DNA of 60,551 bases, counting the filler, from Catajapyx aquilonaris (Eukaryota), in assembly GCA_000934665.2 (NCBI GenBank). It is 3 parts of 3 records of this genome, joined end to end, with 100 filler letters (N's around TTAATTAATTAA, not from the genome) between each part and the next. Parts side by side here need not be neighbours in the genome. Positions count along the whole stretch, not along the records: positions 1 to 20,111 come from JYFJ02006345.1; 2 more parts are not named here. The stretch is one strand, 5' to 3'. The translations under genes were made by a program, and so were the position numbers. Of the stretch, positions 1 to 11,499 are shown piece by piece. Under the pieces are notes generated by a model. That model searched no databases and was not told the DNA's origin. It worked only from the letters and a program-made list of their open reading frames with translations. Position 1 is the stretch's first letter, and every line of letters starts with the position of its first letter.

Positions 1-565
1 CGTGGGGAAGGGAGGGGGCGAGGAGATGAGAACGTGGGGAAGGCAGGAGGAGCACCAGCATAACTGATGGAAATTCAAAGTAAAAAGTCATCCGTGGTAA
101 AAAAAAAAATGCCGCATCTGGTAAAGCAGCAGCAGACTTCGCGAAAATAATTTTTTTTGAGCATTTAGACTCAAAAAAGTGCCGTTTTCAGAATTATTCT
201 GGTGTTTGTTTGACAAGCTCTACCAGCATACCAAATTTCAGCATCCTAGGGCCACTAGAAGTTACGTATAATTTTGATGATCAGTCAGTGAGTCAGTGAG
301 TGAGTGAGTCAGTGAGTGAGTGTCATAATTTGGCCGTTTCGGGAGTTTTTAGGATTTTTAAAGTCGGAAATGAAAAGAGATATGAACATGGAAGTAAGGG
401 GGAATTATTTTTAATCGATTTTTATCTACCCAAATAAAAATTTTGAAGCCACGTGTGTTCACCAGTGCGAAGATTCGAGGGGGTCAAAAAGACGTGAGTT
501 GTGTCGGGTAAAGGTGGTCCGGCAGTGCGGCGAGAACTTGGCGGGGGCACTGCCGTGCCCCCTAA
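1..565 (+). mobile_element. 3' part of a non-autonomous Helitron-like element (DINE/HINE type)
   Basis: Internal (CAGT/GAGT)n microsatellite at about 281-322. GC-rich subterminal hairpin GGGGGCAC-TGCC-GTGCCCCC at about 544-563 followed by AT-rich flank. The family call rests on recognising this layout. Confidence 0.5.
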
Positions 566-1058
566 TATACACGTAACAAAATGAGACAACTTCAAATAAA
601 TAAATAAATTACGAGCTTCAGAAAAAGTTATAACTTAAAATAATATACCTTGTGGGTTGTACGGGAAATACGCCATTTATATCTTGAGCATTAAGCCCGT
701 CAGGTACACAAATGAATGTTTCAAGCAAAATCTGAGCGGTCCCGATATCTTATTTCCTCATTGGCACATTGTACATAGACTTAAGCACAGCTATACTTGG
801 AATGCATGATTTTTGAAAATTAATGTTTCCTCTTGGGATGCACAAATGTTCCATATGTCCTTGAAACGGAATGAGAAATATGCATTTAAAAAATAAAAAT
901 ACATAATCATCCAGCCATGCCGGACTTTGCCAGCGTGCGGTGACCAGGGGGTACTTCATATGCCTTCTCTGAGACATTTATTATTAATATTAATATGCAC
1001 ATTGTAATGTGAAAATAAATCGCTGGAATGAAACACTTCCCAATCACTTCGAATTTTC

Positions 1059-1091
<33 letters not shown>

Positions 1092-1116
1092 TAATAAATA
1101 ATAATAATAAATAATA

Positions 1117-1176
<60 letters not shown>

Positions 1177-1186
1177 AATAAATAAT
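1059..1186. repeat. (AAT)n/(AAAT)n microsatellite abutting the tRNA 3' end
   Basis: Directly visible. Confidence 0.95.
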
Positions 1187-1268
1187 TGGTAGTGAAGGGA
1201 TTCGAACCCTCGCCTCCGAAGAGACTGGAGCCTAAATCCAGCGCCTTAGACCGCTCGGCCACACTACC
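1187..1268 (-). tRNA. trnL-TAG: tRNA-Leu, anticodon TAG
   Basis: Reverse complement GGTAGTGTGGCCGAGCGGTCTAAGGCGCTGGATTTAGGCTCCAGTCTCTTCGGAGGCGAGGGTTCGAATCCCTTCACTACCA (82 nt). Perfect 7-bp acceptor stem GGTAGTG/CACTACC, anticodon arm CTGGA-TTTAGGC-TCCAG, long variable arm, TTCGAAT T-loop, intact A and B boxes. Confidence 0.95.
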
Positions 1269-1324
1269 TTGGGTAAATATTTACGTTTCATATCGGGGTT
1301 TTATTCAAAAGTTGGGCCCGTAGC

Positions 1325-1495
1325 GTATACTGGCCGAGGCTGTCTCGAGTTGAACTCGAGGATGCGACTCTGCCTGACGTCAAAATGACGTATGCAGACC
1401 AATCCGGGGCAGGGGAGACACCCAGCCTACGTCATTTTGACATCACGCAGAGTCGCATCCTCGAGTTCAACTCGAGACGTCGGGGTCCAGTATAC
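1325..1495. mobile_element. Palindromic MITE-like element with about 65-bp arms
   Basis: Left arm GTATACTGG...TCTCGAGTTGAACTCGAGGATGCGACTCTGC..TCAAAATGACGTA mirrors right arm TACGTCATTTTGA..GCAGAGTCGCATCCTCGAGTTCAACTCGAGAC...CCAGTATAC. Confidence 0.7.
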
Positions 1496-2039
1496 AGGTC
1501 CAGTCCCCACAGAAGCTAGCCATGCATGTGTCTTAACCAACAGGAATCAGCAATTCATTGCGCATATGACGTCACTAGCGACGTGGAGAAGTTGTGGGCA
1601 CATAGCAATAAGCGATATCGCATTTATTTCAGGCAAGATGGCGGCGATGACTGAAGCCATACACCCCGTTCAGCGGCCGCAGATTCCTAGTGTAGTGTGT
1701 ATCAGACCCGGTTGGAAGGAAAGGCATTTTGATTAGTCTTTCTCCCGGTGATGGCGGTGAAGATAGTGATAACTGATAATAAGTACCGTTCGAAGAGCAG
1801 ACCAGTGTCTGCGACAGTTTCGCTGCATATTCGACGTTGTGTCTTCGTTTAGAGCTGGCCACGGGTTAGTAGTAACTGCGGATTATATATAAGGTATTCT
1901 TAGCTGCTTCATTCAAAGAGTTATTTAATGAACAATAATAATATTTTTATCCTCTAGTGGCGAGGGGACATATGATGGGAGAGCCATGGAACTGAATAAA
2001 CTGATACCAGCCGAGGATGAGCATAGGATGGGCTGCACC

Positions 2040-2660
2040 ATGTGTTGAAGGTCTATCTCTATCATCATGCAAGGGAGGGCCAGGTACTCTACATTGCACT
2101 GTTCACAATCATGGCACTGTGAGCTCTGTCAGTTGCCAGTCGTCAACAGAAGTGAGGTAGTGAAGGCGGAAGGGACACATGAGCTGTCTGAGGTCCTCAA
2201 AATCAAAGTGAATTTTTACCAACGCTTTTCTTCTGGGTTTCTAGCCGAAGAGCAGTGTATAGGGTGAGCCTCCCCATGTGTTGAAGGTCATAAAAGCACA
2301 GGAACTCTCTCGATACCAGCATGCAAGGCAGTGACAGGAACATGGAACTGTGAGCTCTGTCAGTTGCCAGTCGTCAACAGAAGTGAGGTAATGAAGGCAG
2401 AGGAGACACATGAGCTGTCTGTCCTCAAAATCAAAGTGAATTTTTAACCCAATGCTTTCCTTCTGGTTTTCTAGCCGAGGGGCAGGGTTGGGTGAGCCTC
2501 CCTAGGGCCGGTTGTGAAGGTCATAAAAGCAGAGGAAGACTCTCTATCAGCATGCAAGGCAGTGTCACGTACAGGGCACTGCTCAAAATGATGGCCCTGA
2601 TGATCTCACTGACTTACCCGTGGTCAAGATCCGATGAGTGAGAAAGTGAAGGCCAGTTTC
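2040..2660 (+). repeat. Diverged tandem repeat, unit about 235-240 bp, about 2.5 copies
   Basis: CTGTGAGCTCTGTCAGTTGCCAGTCGTCAACAGAAGTGAGGTA recurs at about 2117 and 2348. CCTCAAAATCAAAGTGAATTTTTA recurs at about 2195 and 2423. GAAGGTCATAAAAGCA recurs at about 2283 and 2516. Confidence 0.8.
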
Positions 2661-2978
2661 ATTAATTATTATTATTGCCCTAAGCCTGATTCTATAAGTG
2701 CAGCAAAAGTGTAGCCTACTTGTCTACTTGAAAGGCAGGCATCAAAGCAAAATCTTTCTGTCAGCCTGTCATCCACCTGCGGTCATCGCATCATCTGGCA
2801 CTCAATACTTCTGTTTCTTGCTTATCACTCTCCATTTTTTCTACTCTTGCTGAAATTTGTTTACAGCTCGCGCCAATAATGCAGGCTCGTTTTTGAAATT
2901 TTAGTTCCTGCAACACTTTAAAAGGCAAACAAAATGGGCTGCTGTTAAGGTCCGGTTCACTGCGACCTTGTATAAACG

Positions 2979-3173
2979 AAGAACACTTGAACTTCTAACT
3001 GATTTGTACAACATAAGAACACTTGAACTTCTAACTGATTTGTACAACATAAGAACACTTGAACTTCTAACTGATTTGTACAACATAAGAACACTTGAAC
3101 TTCTAACTGATTTGTACAACATAAGAACACTTGAACTTCTAACTGATTTGTACAACATAAGAACACTTGAACT
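2979..3173. repeat. Perfect 36-bp minisatellite, about 5.4 copies
   Basis: Unit AAGAACACTTGAACTTCTAACTGATTTGTACAACAT repeated head-to-tail with no spacers. Confidence 0.95.
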
Positions 3174-3987
3174 GTTACCATTTCAATAATATTAACTAAT
3201 CAAGAGTTTGGAAATATTTCAGGTTCTCTTCCCCCTCCTCCCTTTAACTATCTGCAAGGATCGTAACAAGATTGGCTAGCTTGACCTTGAAGACCAGCCT
3301 ACAGTACTTTGTGAAATTTAAGTGATATTTAAGTACTTTCTTCTTGACCCCCTGCACATAACCAGCATGGTCCTGCCTCTGATACGTCCAGTTTGCCAAA
3401 TTTTCTCTACCATTAGACCTGTCACCAATCACACATTTCTCCTCCCCTGTGGAAGTGCATTACCTAAGACAGCTTGTGCTCACCAATGCAATGTCCGCAT
3501 GTTTCAAGGCTGAATCTGTGTGTCACTTGACCATTGACATAATATGTGAGAAAATAAACAAAATATGATACAAACTTCCCCACTCTTTTCACATTATTGG
3601 GAAATCTGGTGTATGACTAATTGGTATAAGATATGACATCATATACCCTTCCCATAGGAGACCTTACATTGAGGTTACTACTTGTGTACATAACATTTTG
3701 GTGACATGATATTGTTATTCCTGAGCAGAGATTTTGCACCTAATGTCAGGCACATGCTCAAAAGGGGTATTAAAGGGGAAACTAAGGCGAATGGATTTTT
3801 TAATTTTATTCTAATTATCCTCAGTGATTATATGACTAAAAATTGGCCATTACTTGCATTTTTTCCTTGAAACTGAAATTTAAAATTCTGGAAGTTCTGG
3901 CAGGATAGATTTCTGGCTGTAAATGCAATAATTGCAAATTATTAAGTTTCAAGCCTACATGTAGAGTACTACTTCGACATAAGATAA

Positions 3988-5095
3988 TGTAGTGGTTCGG
4001 GTCCTGGCAACAGAACTTTAGTGTATTGTTGTCAGGTCGAGTTGTGCATTGGAAACCGTTGCTATGGGAGCAGTGTATAATTATATAGTGTTGGGAGTTG
4101 TTTGGGAGGAGTTGTGAACTGATTGTCTGAGAGAACAGACGTGTTTTACCTGAGCTGGAGAATATATTTATATAAAAGCTGTCCGGTGCCTATTACTCAT
4201 CGGGTGTTCCTCATGAGGAACACTACATTGGTGTCAGAAAGTGGGATGTTCGTGCCCTCGCGGGTCATCCGGAGGGAGTGAGAGAGTGAGGTGTCGGACA
4301 ATGACCAAGTGAGGAGCCAAGTGTTGAAGAAAGCTGGAGGCTTATGTCAACCAAGCTGGATGCAGAGTGAGTGAATCTGCAGCTGAACTCGATGGTGCTG
4401 CAGGGATCATGGAGGGACGTGCTGATTGGGCCAGAGGCAGGTGAGGGCGGATGAGACCAGGCAGGAGGACATCATGAGGCTGGAGGGGGGGCACGGTGAG
4501 GTGCCAACTCCTGTGGATGCTGCAGTGAGCCATGGGGCCTGCAGATCCCAAAGCCAGTGATGGGCAGCCTGATGGGTGACCGAGGGACCACCTGCTGGCC
4601 ATGGAAGCAGAGTCGAGAGGTGGGGGATCCCAAACAACAGCAGCGGGTCAAATGGAGATGGGGGCCGAAGAGGACCGTCATCGTCAGGGGCTGAAGGAAG
4701 GGATGCTGCAAGCCAGGGGGCCTGCAGATCCTGCAGCCGGGACGATGGTCTGGTACTCTGGTTGATGGCAGAGTCTCCTTGAGGCCGAAGCAGATCTGCA
4801 TTGTGGACTTGGGAAATTGAGGAATGAGACTACAGTCTCGTTCCATTTTAAGGGGGGAAGAATGTAGTGGTTCGGGTCCTGGCAACAGAACTTTAGTGTA
4901 TTGTTGTCAGGTCGAGTTGTGCATTGGAAACCGTTGCTATGGGAGCAGTGTATTAGTGTTGGGAGTTGTTTGGGAGGAGTTGTTGTGAACTGTCTGAAAG
5001 AACAGACGTGTTTTACCTGAGCTGGAGAATATATTTTATATCAAAGCTGTCCGGTGCCTATTACTCATCGGGTGTTCCTCATGAGGAACACTACA
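3988..5095 (+). mobile_element. Complete non-autonomous LTR retroelement (TRIM-like, probably Gypsy-derived)
   Basis: 5' LTR 3988-4227 and 3' LTR 4863-5095, both TGTAGT...ACTACA and nearly identical. PBS TGGTGTCAGAAAGTGGGAT at 4229-4247, matching the tRNA-Leu(CAA/CAG) 3' end with one extra A. PPT AAGGGGGGAAGAA at 4850-4862. 4-bp TSD ATAA at 3984-3987 and 5096-5099. The 635-bp internal region has no recognisable gag/pol. Confidence 0.93.
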
Positions 5096-5403
5096 ATAAC
5101 TTAAAACTCACGTTCACTTTTATGTCACAAACACTGGGCAACAAAATTCAAGGGTTTTTTTCTGCTGCCTGAGATTTTTCTACTGATTCTAAGTATTTAT
5201 TCAACGCTGATTTCAAATATGAAATCGGTTTTCCTCTATAGATGCTCTAGTTTTCAAGCAATTTGCAACTTGTGATTTTCGAAGAAAAAAAAGGACACCC
5301 ATTGCAATATTTACTCTGGGGATAGCTTTAGAATTAGGCTTAGAGATACCATACTAAGCTCGGCTTGATGAAACAGTTCGTTCTAGCATCACAATATGGA
5401 TTA

Positions 5404-7387
5404 CAGTTTGAAAAAATATCGAAAAAGAATGTCCCAATTTAAAAACCCTATAAGTCGAAAACTTGTAGACATATCTAAATGATTTAGGTTTTGAAATGTT
5501 AAGAAATGTTAAGAAATGTCTAAAGTTCTGGTCTCACCTTAGTTTGTTTCGATATGAGCTTCATTTGTCGCTCGAGAAATTAAAAAGACTATTCGGACTC
5601 GAGCCAAACCCGCTCAATCGTATCTGGAGATACTGCCTGGATACTGCTGCGATCCTAACCCGTAGGTGCTGGAGGTGATTGGTCTTTCACAAACATTGTT
5701 CTTGATGGTGCTGCACATGAAATAGCCTCATACAAACAAACCTGCCGTAGGAAAGTTTTATTTGTTCAGCCTCCCAGTGTGCGAAGTCTTTAAAGGGACA
5801 CTCCACTCAAAATACTACTTGGTCTCTAAAAATCGTCCCAAAAATAAGATTTCCGATGGTGCAGTCCGTTTTTCTCTCATCAGAACGGTAACCCCAGGGC
5901 GAGAGGTCAGATTCGTAAAATAATAGTCTCCCGCTCAGCGAGTGGCGACGCCTGATGGCAAGAAAACCCCTTCTGGCGGCCAGATGGCGAAGCACATACG
6001 CCGCGCCGGGATGTGCCTTAAACGGTATTTTCTAGCAGCTACAAGTAACTGCTAACGACACGTCCCTCGCCTAGGCCAGTGGGTGCTACAGCCTACACGT
6101 AATTGTTTAACAACAAAATGACTACTGCTGTAGCCTGGCCAAAGATATCTGCTATATAAAGAGTGGCTATATATAACTGCTAGATACATAACTGCTAAGG
6201 AAAAGTGAAGCCAGTTTTTGCTTGGAGTTTGTACCAGTCGCCCAAAGCAAAGATGGCGGCTTTGGGCGACTTGGATCGATCTGCCGTGGTGGCCTGTACG
6301 TAGTTGGGCATCTTCAAGGGATGCCCCGCGCCCCTGGTAACGTCCCACTGCGGTCCGTCCCATCTGCACAGGGCCGCCCCTAAGGCCGCTTCTGCTGCCC
6401 CGCCCAGAGTAACGATGGCGCCATCTTTACTTTGGGCGTGATTTGGCTTCACTTTGCTTGTATGGAAAGGGATAGCGAGTTATGCATCTAGTAGAATAAA
6501 TAGCAGATATCTTTGAGCCTGGCATACACCACTATTAGGGCTTCAAATTGGAATTAGTCATTGAAACAGAGCCATTAACAATCTTCTGGGTCCTAACACA
6601 TATTAAGTAGGTGCTATTCTCAAACGCGTCGAGGTTATTCCATGACGGTGCAGTCCAGTGAATTTGTTCCGGGACCGAATATATATCATGGGAAATGAGA
6701 GTGCGCAACCGCGCGACCTCATACGGAGGCTAACGAGGTAGTCAGAAGCCCCAAACGGTGCGGAGAGGGGATCACTTAGCTCGGATGGAGAGAAATAGTG
6801 CGATATGCGAAGCACCCTTAATTCGCGCCATCCCCGTGTCTAGTTCCGCCCGGTTCCGCCCCCATCTGATAGCGTCGCCACCTGCGCTGAGCGCGGTTTT
6901 CGAACGACACATTTCCAGCTTTCGCCCTGGCCTTACCGTTCGTCTCTCAGAAAAACTGCCTATACCCTCGGAATCAGGATTTTTTGCCCGATATTTAGAA
7001 CCCAACTTGTATTTTGAGTGGAGTGTCCCTTTAATGAGAAGTTTCACTATACCTATCCCCTCCAGAGGCGCAGATCTTACTCCTTTTTGTGGAGATACAT
7101 GTATGGTGAAAAGAATCGGTATCTCCATCACCTACGGGAAAAGATTGCAATGGTAACGCCAGACATGATAATATATCTGAGCTGGTTAGGCACGACACCA
7201 GTTACCATATTTACATTTGCCGAGCGACAAATGGAGCTCATATCCAAACAAACTAAGGTGAGACCAAAACATTAGACATTACTTGGCATTTAAAAACTTA
7301 AATAATTCAGATAGGCCCTATGTCTACAAATTTTCGAATTATAGGAATTTAAAATTGGGACATTCTTTTTCGATATTTTTAAATACT
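5404..7387. mobile_element. Tc1/mariner-type fold-back MITE, family F1, copy 1 (interrupted)
   Basis: ATCGAAAAAGAATGTCCCAATTT near 5418 and its reverse complement near 7353-7375. Body matches 29207-29919 and 46567-47814. Transposase remnant reading PSRGADLTPF at about 7058. Exact ends are uncertain. Confidence 0.75.
5794..7030. mobile_element. Kolobok-like non-autonomous DNA transposon
   Basis: TIR AGGGACACTCCACTCAAAATAC at both ends (AG...CT termini). TTAA TSD at 5790-5793 and 7031-7034. The empty site GCGAAGTCT-TTAA-TGAGAAG is present (reverse complement) in the sister F1 copy at about 29539-29560. Confidence 0.8.
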
Positions 7388-8329
7388 TTTTTCAGACTTT
7401 TATGCATATTGTGATGCACCTACGACTTAGGACGGTTGTGTAAGCCTATTTTTATGACTGTATGACCATAAATTCTTCAGAGAGACCATCTCATCATGCG
7501 ACATGCGCTACAAGGTCGCAAAATCTAAAATTTTGAATTGTAAAAAATCTAGACCTTACAGAGAAAAACTAACATCAGATTCGAATTCAACACACTCTTT
7601 GGTAAAAACAAGTGCTGGTATCAATGCAACAAAATATTTGTTGCCCAGTGTAATTAATGCATATAACGATTTCTGCGCATACATTCATGCGAACTATACC
7701 ACTCATTATATTTGTGCAGTACGCATAGCTCTCTTTCATGATCAAAAAGGTGAGAGGTCTCCTATTAATAAGGCTAATTACCAGATTGGTTGTTGAATTT
7801 TGCTCTAAATAAGGTTGCGTAATATGCCCTCTTCGTCACCAAAAATGTGTGCCGCAGGCAGAGTGAAGTGGCAATAAAAGCCGCGATCATTCGATTATCT
7901 CAGGCACTGCACGTAACAGAAGGCACAAGGGAGGTTTTTAATTGGGGCCATTCATCCTGTCAATTTCAACGCTTCACGCCGTCCTTACTAAAGTCATGAA
8001 AAATCACTCCTGCCCAGGACATATAAGGTCGTCAGTTCTGGTCACGACATGCCGTATGAAATGTTTCACGGTTGCATGGTATAAAATACCACGAGTTAAT
8101 GCTTCAAATATTTGGTCATGTGAGTGATGTGACATGATATTAGCGGATATTAGTCGTGTGTATAGGCAGCTGGAGAAATGTGCTTATAGAATCGAACATG
8201 TGTATATGACAGTCATATTGTTCTTTCGTTTATGACTCAGACACTGAAAATTAGTTTGTTAGTAAATATTAAACGAAATGAATGTATAAGCATAATTTTA
8301 TAGAATATATTTCGTGAATAAGTGACTGC

Positions 8330-8603
8330 TATGGGTGGTGTATAGTGGTTAGCGCCAAAGCCTTCCACCTCTAAGGTCCCGAGTTCGATCCCCGGATCGG
8401 ACAGAGGCTGCTTATGTGGATAGAGTTTGGATGGGTTCTCTCCGTGTTCGCGTGGGTCTTCTCGGGGTTCTCCCGTTTCCTACCGCTATCAAAATCCATC
8501 ACAGCAAAGGCGATGATTAAAGTCGGTCAATTAAAAAGATGATCCCCTAAAAAGCCCAAGGAGGCTTATCATGGGGTATCCATTATTTTTATTTTTAATT
8601 TTT
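8330..8603 (+). mobile_element. tRNA-derived SINE, family A (V-domain-like core), copy 1
   Basis: Pol III boxes TGGTGTATAGTGG and GAGTTCGATCC. Core GTTCTCTCCGTGTTCGCGTGGGT...CTCCCGTTTCCT. ATT-rich tail. 13-bp TSD AATAAGTGACTGC at 8317-8329 and 8604-8616. Confidence 0.85.
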
Positions 8604-8904
8604 AATAAGTGACTGCCTTTGAAGTGCTGCAATCCGAGGGTCTGCTGTGTGGCCACTACTCTCTACGTCAGAGGAAGGACAAAAAGATTTTTTTTTCATG
8701 CTAAACGAATGTAAGCAGGTCCAAACTTTCCATTCAATATCCTTTATCCTTTCAGACATATTCCAGCAGGTTCTTCCTTCAGTACATTCTGGTATGTTAA
8801 GAGAAAACCAAACCTGCGGACTTGTTAATAATGGCAGAATAGTATTATTTACATGTGGTTGCGCTTCCAATGACTTGTATTAAAAGAAGTAAAAGATTGA
8901 AAAT

Positions 8905-9000
8905 ATATGAGGGGCTCAGTTCCAGCGCAGCGGTGCTTAAGCATTAGGCCTACAACACGCATATGGTGCTTAGGCACCTCTGACTCTGAGCCCCTCATAT
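8905..9000. mobile_element. Small MITE (about 96 bp)
   Basis: Inverted termini ATATGAGGGGCTCAG and CTGAGCCCCTCATAT. Confidence 0.6.
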
Positions 9001-11312
9001 GTGAAAATGTGAATGGGGCAAAGTTGATGTGATGTCTAACCTTATGAGAATATGGATTACACTTAAGCCAACAGCAGTGATCAGATACATTATTGACTTA
9101 CTGTATAGTTCTGGATCACATTCTGGATATCAGTTATCAAACTCTGTAGCACCCACTAATATGCACATCCGCACCTCGAACTGTGAGACAAAATAATATT
9201 GCCTGTGTATAGTTAGCAATGTACTGTACTGTAGGTACGCGGTGTAATTCAATTCAGTCGGGGGCTGGGTGAAGTTCAAGGTGGAGTTTGAAATCTGCCA
9301 GCACCTTTCGTACTTTTTTCTTGGAATCATGTCAACTTTCTTCCCTGTTACCCAGTATTCCATAGATGACTAAGTTTGTCCCCCTGCGGACTGATATGTT
9401 AACGCAATGAAGATTTTTGTAAATTACAATCGCTTCAACCGGATTGATTTAATTTCTTCTCTATACTGACAATATTTGACAAAATCGCGTAATTTTTACA
9501 GCAGCGGTGTTTTTTGATTAATATATCTTGAAGTCAATATACAATAAAACTGGGAAACTGTGTCGCCGAAAATCATGTTTTTTTGTTTGGCCTATATTCC
9601 ATGAAGCACACAAGTTGCACCAAATTTAGAGTGTATCTCGGGGAATAACTTACTGGCACGAGTAGCTCATTGATCAATAAAACCCATCAATCAGTCAACT
9701 TGGTACACTTTCACCATCTCGAAGGACCATACTTTCCCATCGCCCTGTCACTCCGTTCTAAGAAATGTAGCGAAAATAAAAGCCTGGGAACCATTATACA
9801 AGGTAAATCAAATCGAATACAAAAGTTTTATGAAATAATAAATATTAAATTTGTTTTATGAATAGTTTACTTTATTCAAATCAGTGTGTATTTGTGAACC
9901 TTCCGCACAATTTATTGTTAAAGAAATTATGCTATTCAATGCCTTTCAGAGACCTGAGTTGGGATGCAACGGCATGATGAGTAATCAGAGACGAAGGTAG
10001 GAATGCAATGAATGAGTAAGGGGGGAGCGGGCACGCCCTCCAAGGGAATAAAGAGATTGGTCTAAATGTAATTACATGAAGAGAAAATTTATTCGACGAG
10101 AGGTCCTTGGCACTGGGGGATGAAGCCAAAGCTACTGTTGTCGTCGGAGCCTTGCTTTTACTCAGAGATAAGATGAATTTATTGGTTGCGGCAAGACGAC
10201 GACCAGCTAGTTCCTTTCGTTTAGGCTTTCAGGGAGACAAGTCGTGGCAAAGATTCGAAGGCTCTGCAATCCACACTTCTCGATCAATTAAGCCGACCAT
10301 TCACTAGCAAGCTTTATACACGCTGAATTTCTCCAGGGCGAGAAGTAGGAAATCAATCGGGACTTCAACCAGTATTGACTGTTATGTCGGCTTTAGTGGG
10401 TATATAAACCTCCGCAGATTTGTAAGGGTAGTAATATTGACAAAATGTCGCAGGAAGGTATCATAAATTAATGACTTCATTTTAACCAGGAGTATGCCAA
10501 TCGGGTTGATCCCCTTTACTTAGCTCAATATTTGACAGGGTGAAAACAAATATCAATTAACTTATATGAATTACTAGCTGCGGTACCCGTTCTTCGCACG
10601 GGGAAAAAAAGAGCGTGGATAATTACACCGAAATCTTCTTAAATCTCAAGCAATATTAAATGCAAAACTGCTCATTCCGTTGCCTATGTAGGCACTGGAA
10701 GGGTGTAAAAATTCTGGTTTGTTTGCGTAATAAAGAGCCACGCAACTATGGCTATGTGGTTATCAGAATACAAAAAGGTGGGACAGATGGAGAGAGAAAC
10801 AAAGAGGAAAAAGAAGAGAGGAAAGACTGGTATCTCTCTTAGTCTGTCTCCTATCCCAAAGACCTGTCCAACTTGGGCGGCCCTACCAGTAGATGAAACT
10901 ACCGCCGGCATAGCTCTTCAGGATCATGGGAAAACGAAAGCCCACCACCACGGCAAGGTGGAGATACATTGGGGGGAGGGGACATAAAAAATTTGGATAA
11001 AAAAATTGGGGGAAGTGCAAAATTTGAAACCATTTACAGGCCTGTTTCTATGGTAATCACCAACAAAATTCTGGTGCTTTACATTACAAAATGGTAAGGC
11101 ATACGTAGATTATCAAAATATGTTATTTATTTATTAATTTATAGCAGCAAACCCGTGTGTAGTGTCTGGTACATATATGTTGAACCTGGTGTCAGTCAAC
11201 GTACACACAGAAGTGATCGAAAGCGGACGGATAATTGGACAGTGTTATGCAATAATGGGTCAACCCACAAAAATATCAAAATTGAGCCAAGCCCAGGAAC
11301 ATACACCTAAAG

Positions 11313-11499
11313 CAGAGTTTCTTAACCTTTTCGGGCCTCTGCACCCCTTTGTAGGCAATATATTGGTCCTTGTCGCACCCCCTTTACCAGGGGTGATTGA
11401 TTACGTTCATGGTTAGACCCGTTTATATTAACTCTTGTTTAGAGGTGCACCTTGCTCGCACCCCCTGGAGGTGCGGGCACCCCAGGCTAAGAACCGCTG
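11313..11499. mobile_element. hAT (Charlie-like) MITE
   Basis: Termini CAGAGTTTCTTAACCT and AGGCTAAGAACCGCTG. 8-bp TSD ACCTAAAG at 11305-11312 and 11500-11507. Confidence 0.85.

Larger units (their letters stand above)
5132..7650. mobile_element. Non-autonomous TIR element with CAC termini (Chapaev3/CMC-like); outer layer of a three-level nest
   Basis: Termini CACTGGGCAACAAA (5132) and TTTGTTGCCCAGTG (7650). Right flank TAA, left flank AAA. Superfamily inferred from termini only. Confidence 0.55.

Noticed and set aside
1560..1740. Promoter-like motifs (TGACGTCA, CAAGATGGCGGC) and a short ORF MAAMTEAIHP
   Set aside because: No splice donor or downstream exons found. The same AAGATGGCGGC word also occurs inside the Kolobok-like element (about 6250).
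2597..2655. CTGATGA-TCTCACT...AGTGAGAAA hammerhead-like motif
   Set aside because: Non-canonical stem II closure and no stem III. It aligns with a degenerate third unit of the 235-bp tandem repeat.
2979..3173. 36-bp repeats resembling a CRISPR array; repetitive ORFs on both strands
   Set aside because: The units are contiguous with no spacers, there are no cas genes, and the context is eukaryotic. It is a minisatellite.
4229..4247. Link between the LTR element's Leu PBS and the tRNA-Leu gene 3 kb away
   Set aside because: The local Leu-TAG tRNA would give a PBS of TGGTGGTAGTGAAGGG. The observed TGGTGTCAGAA(A)GTGGGAT fits the CAA/CAG isoacceptors.
9290..9392. Possible LINE ORF1 relic on the minus strand (RRGTNLVIYGI...KKKVRKVL)
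   Set aside because: Short, interrupted by a stop, and without supporting endonuclease or RT sequence. Too weak to call without a profile search.
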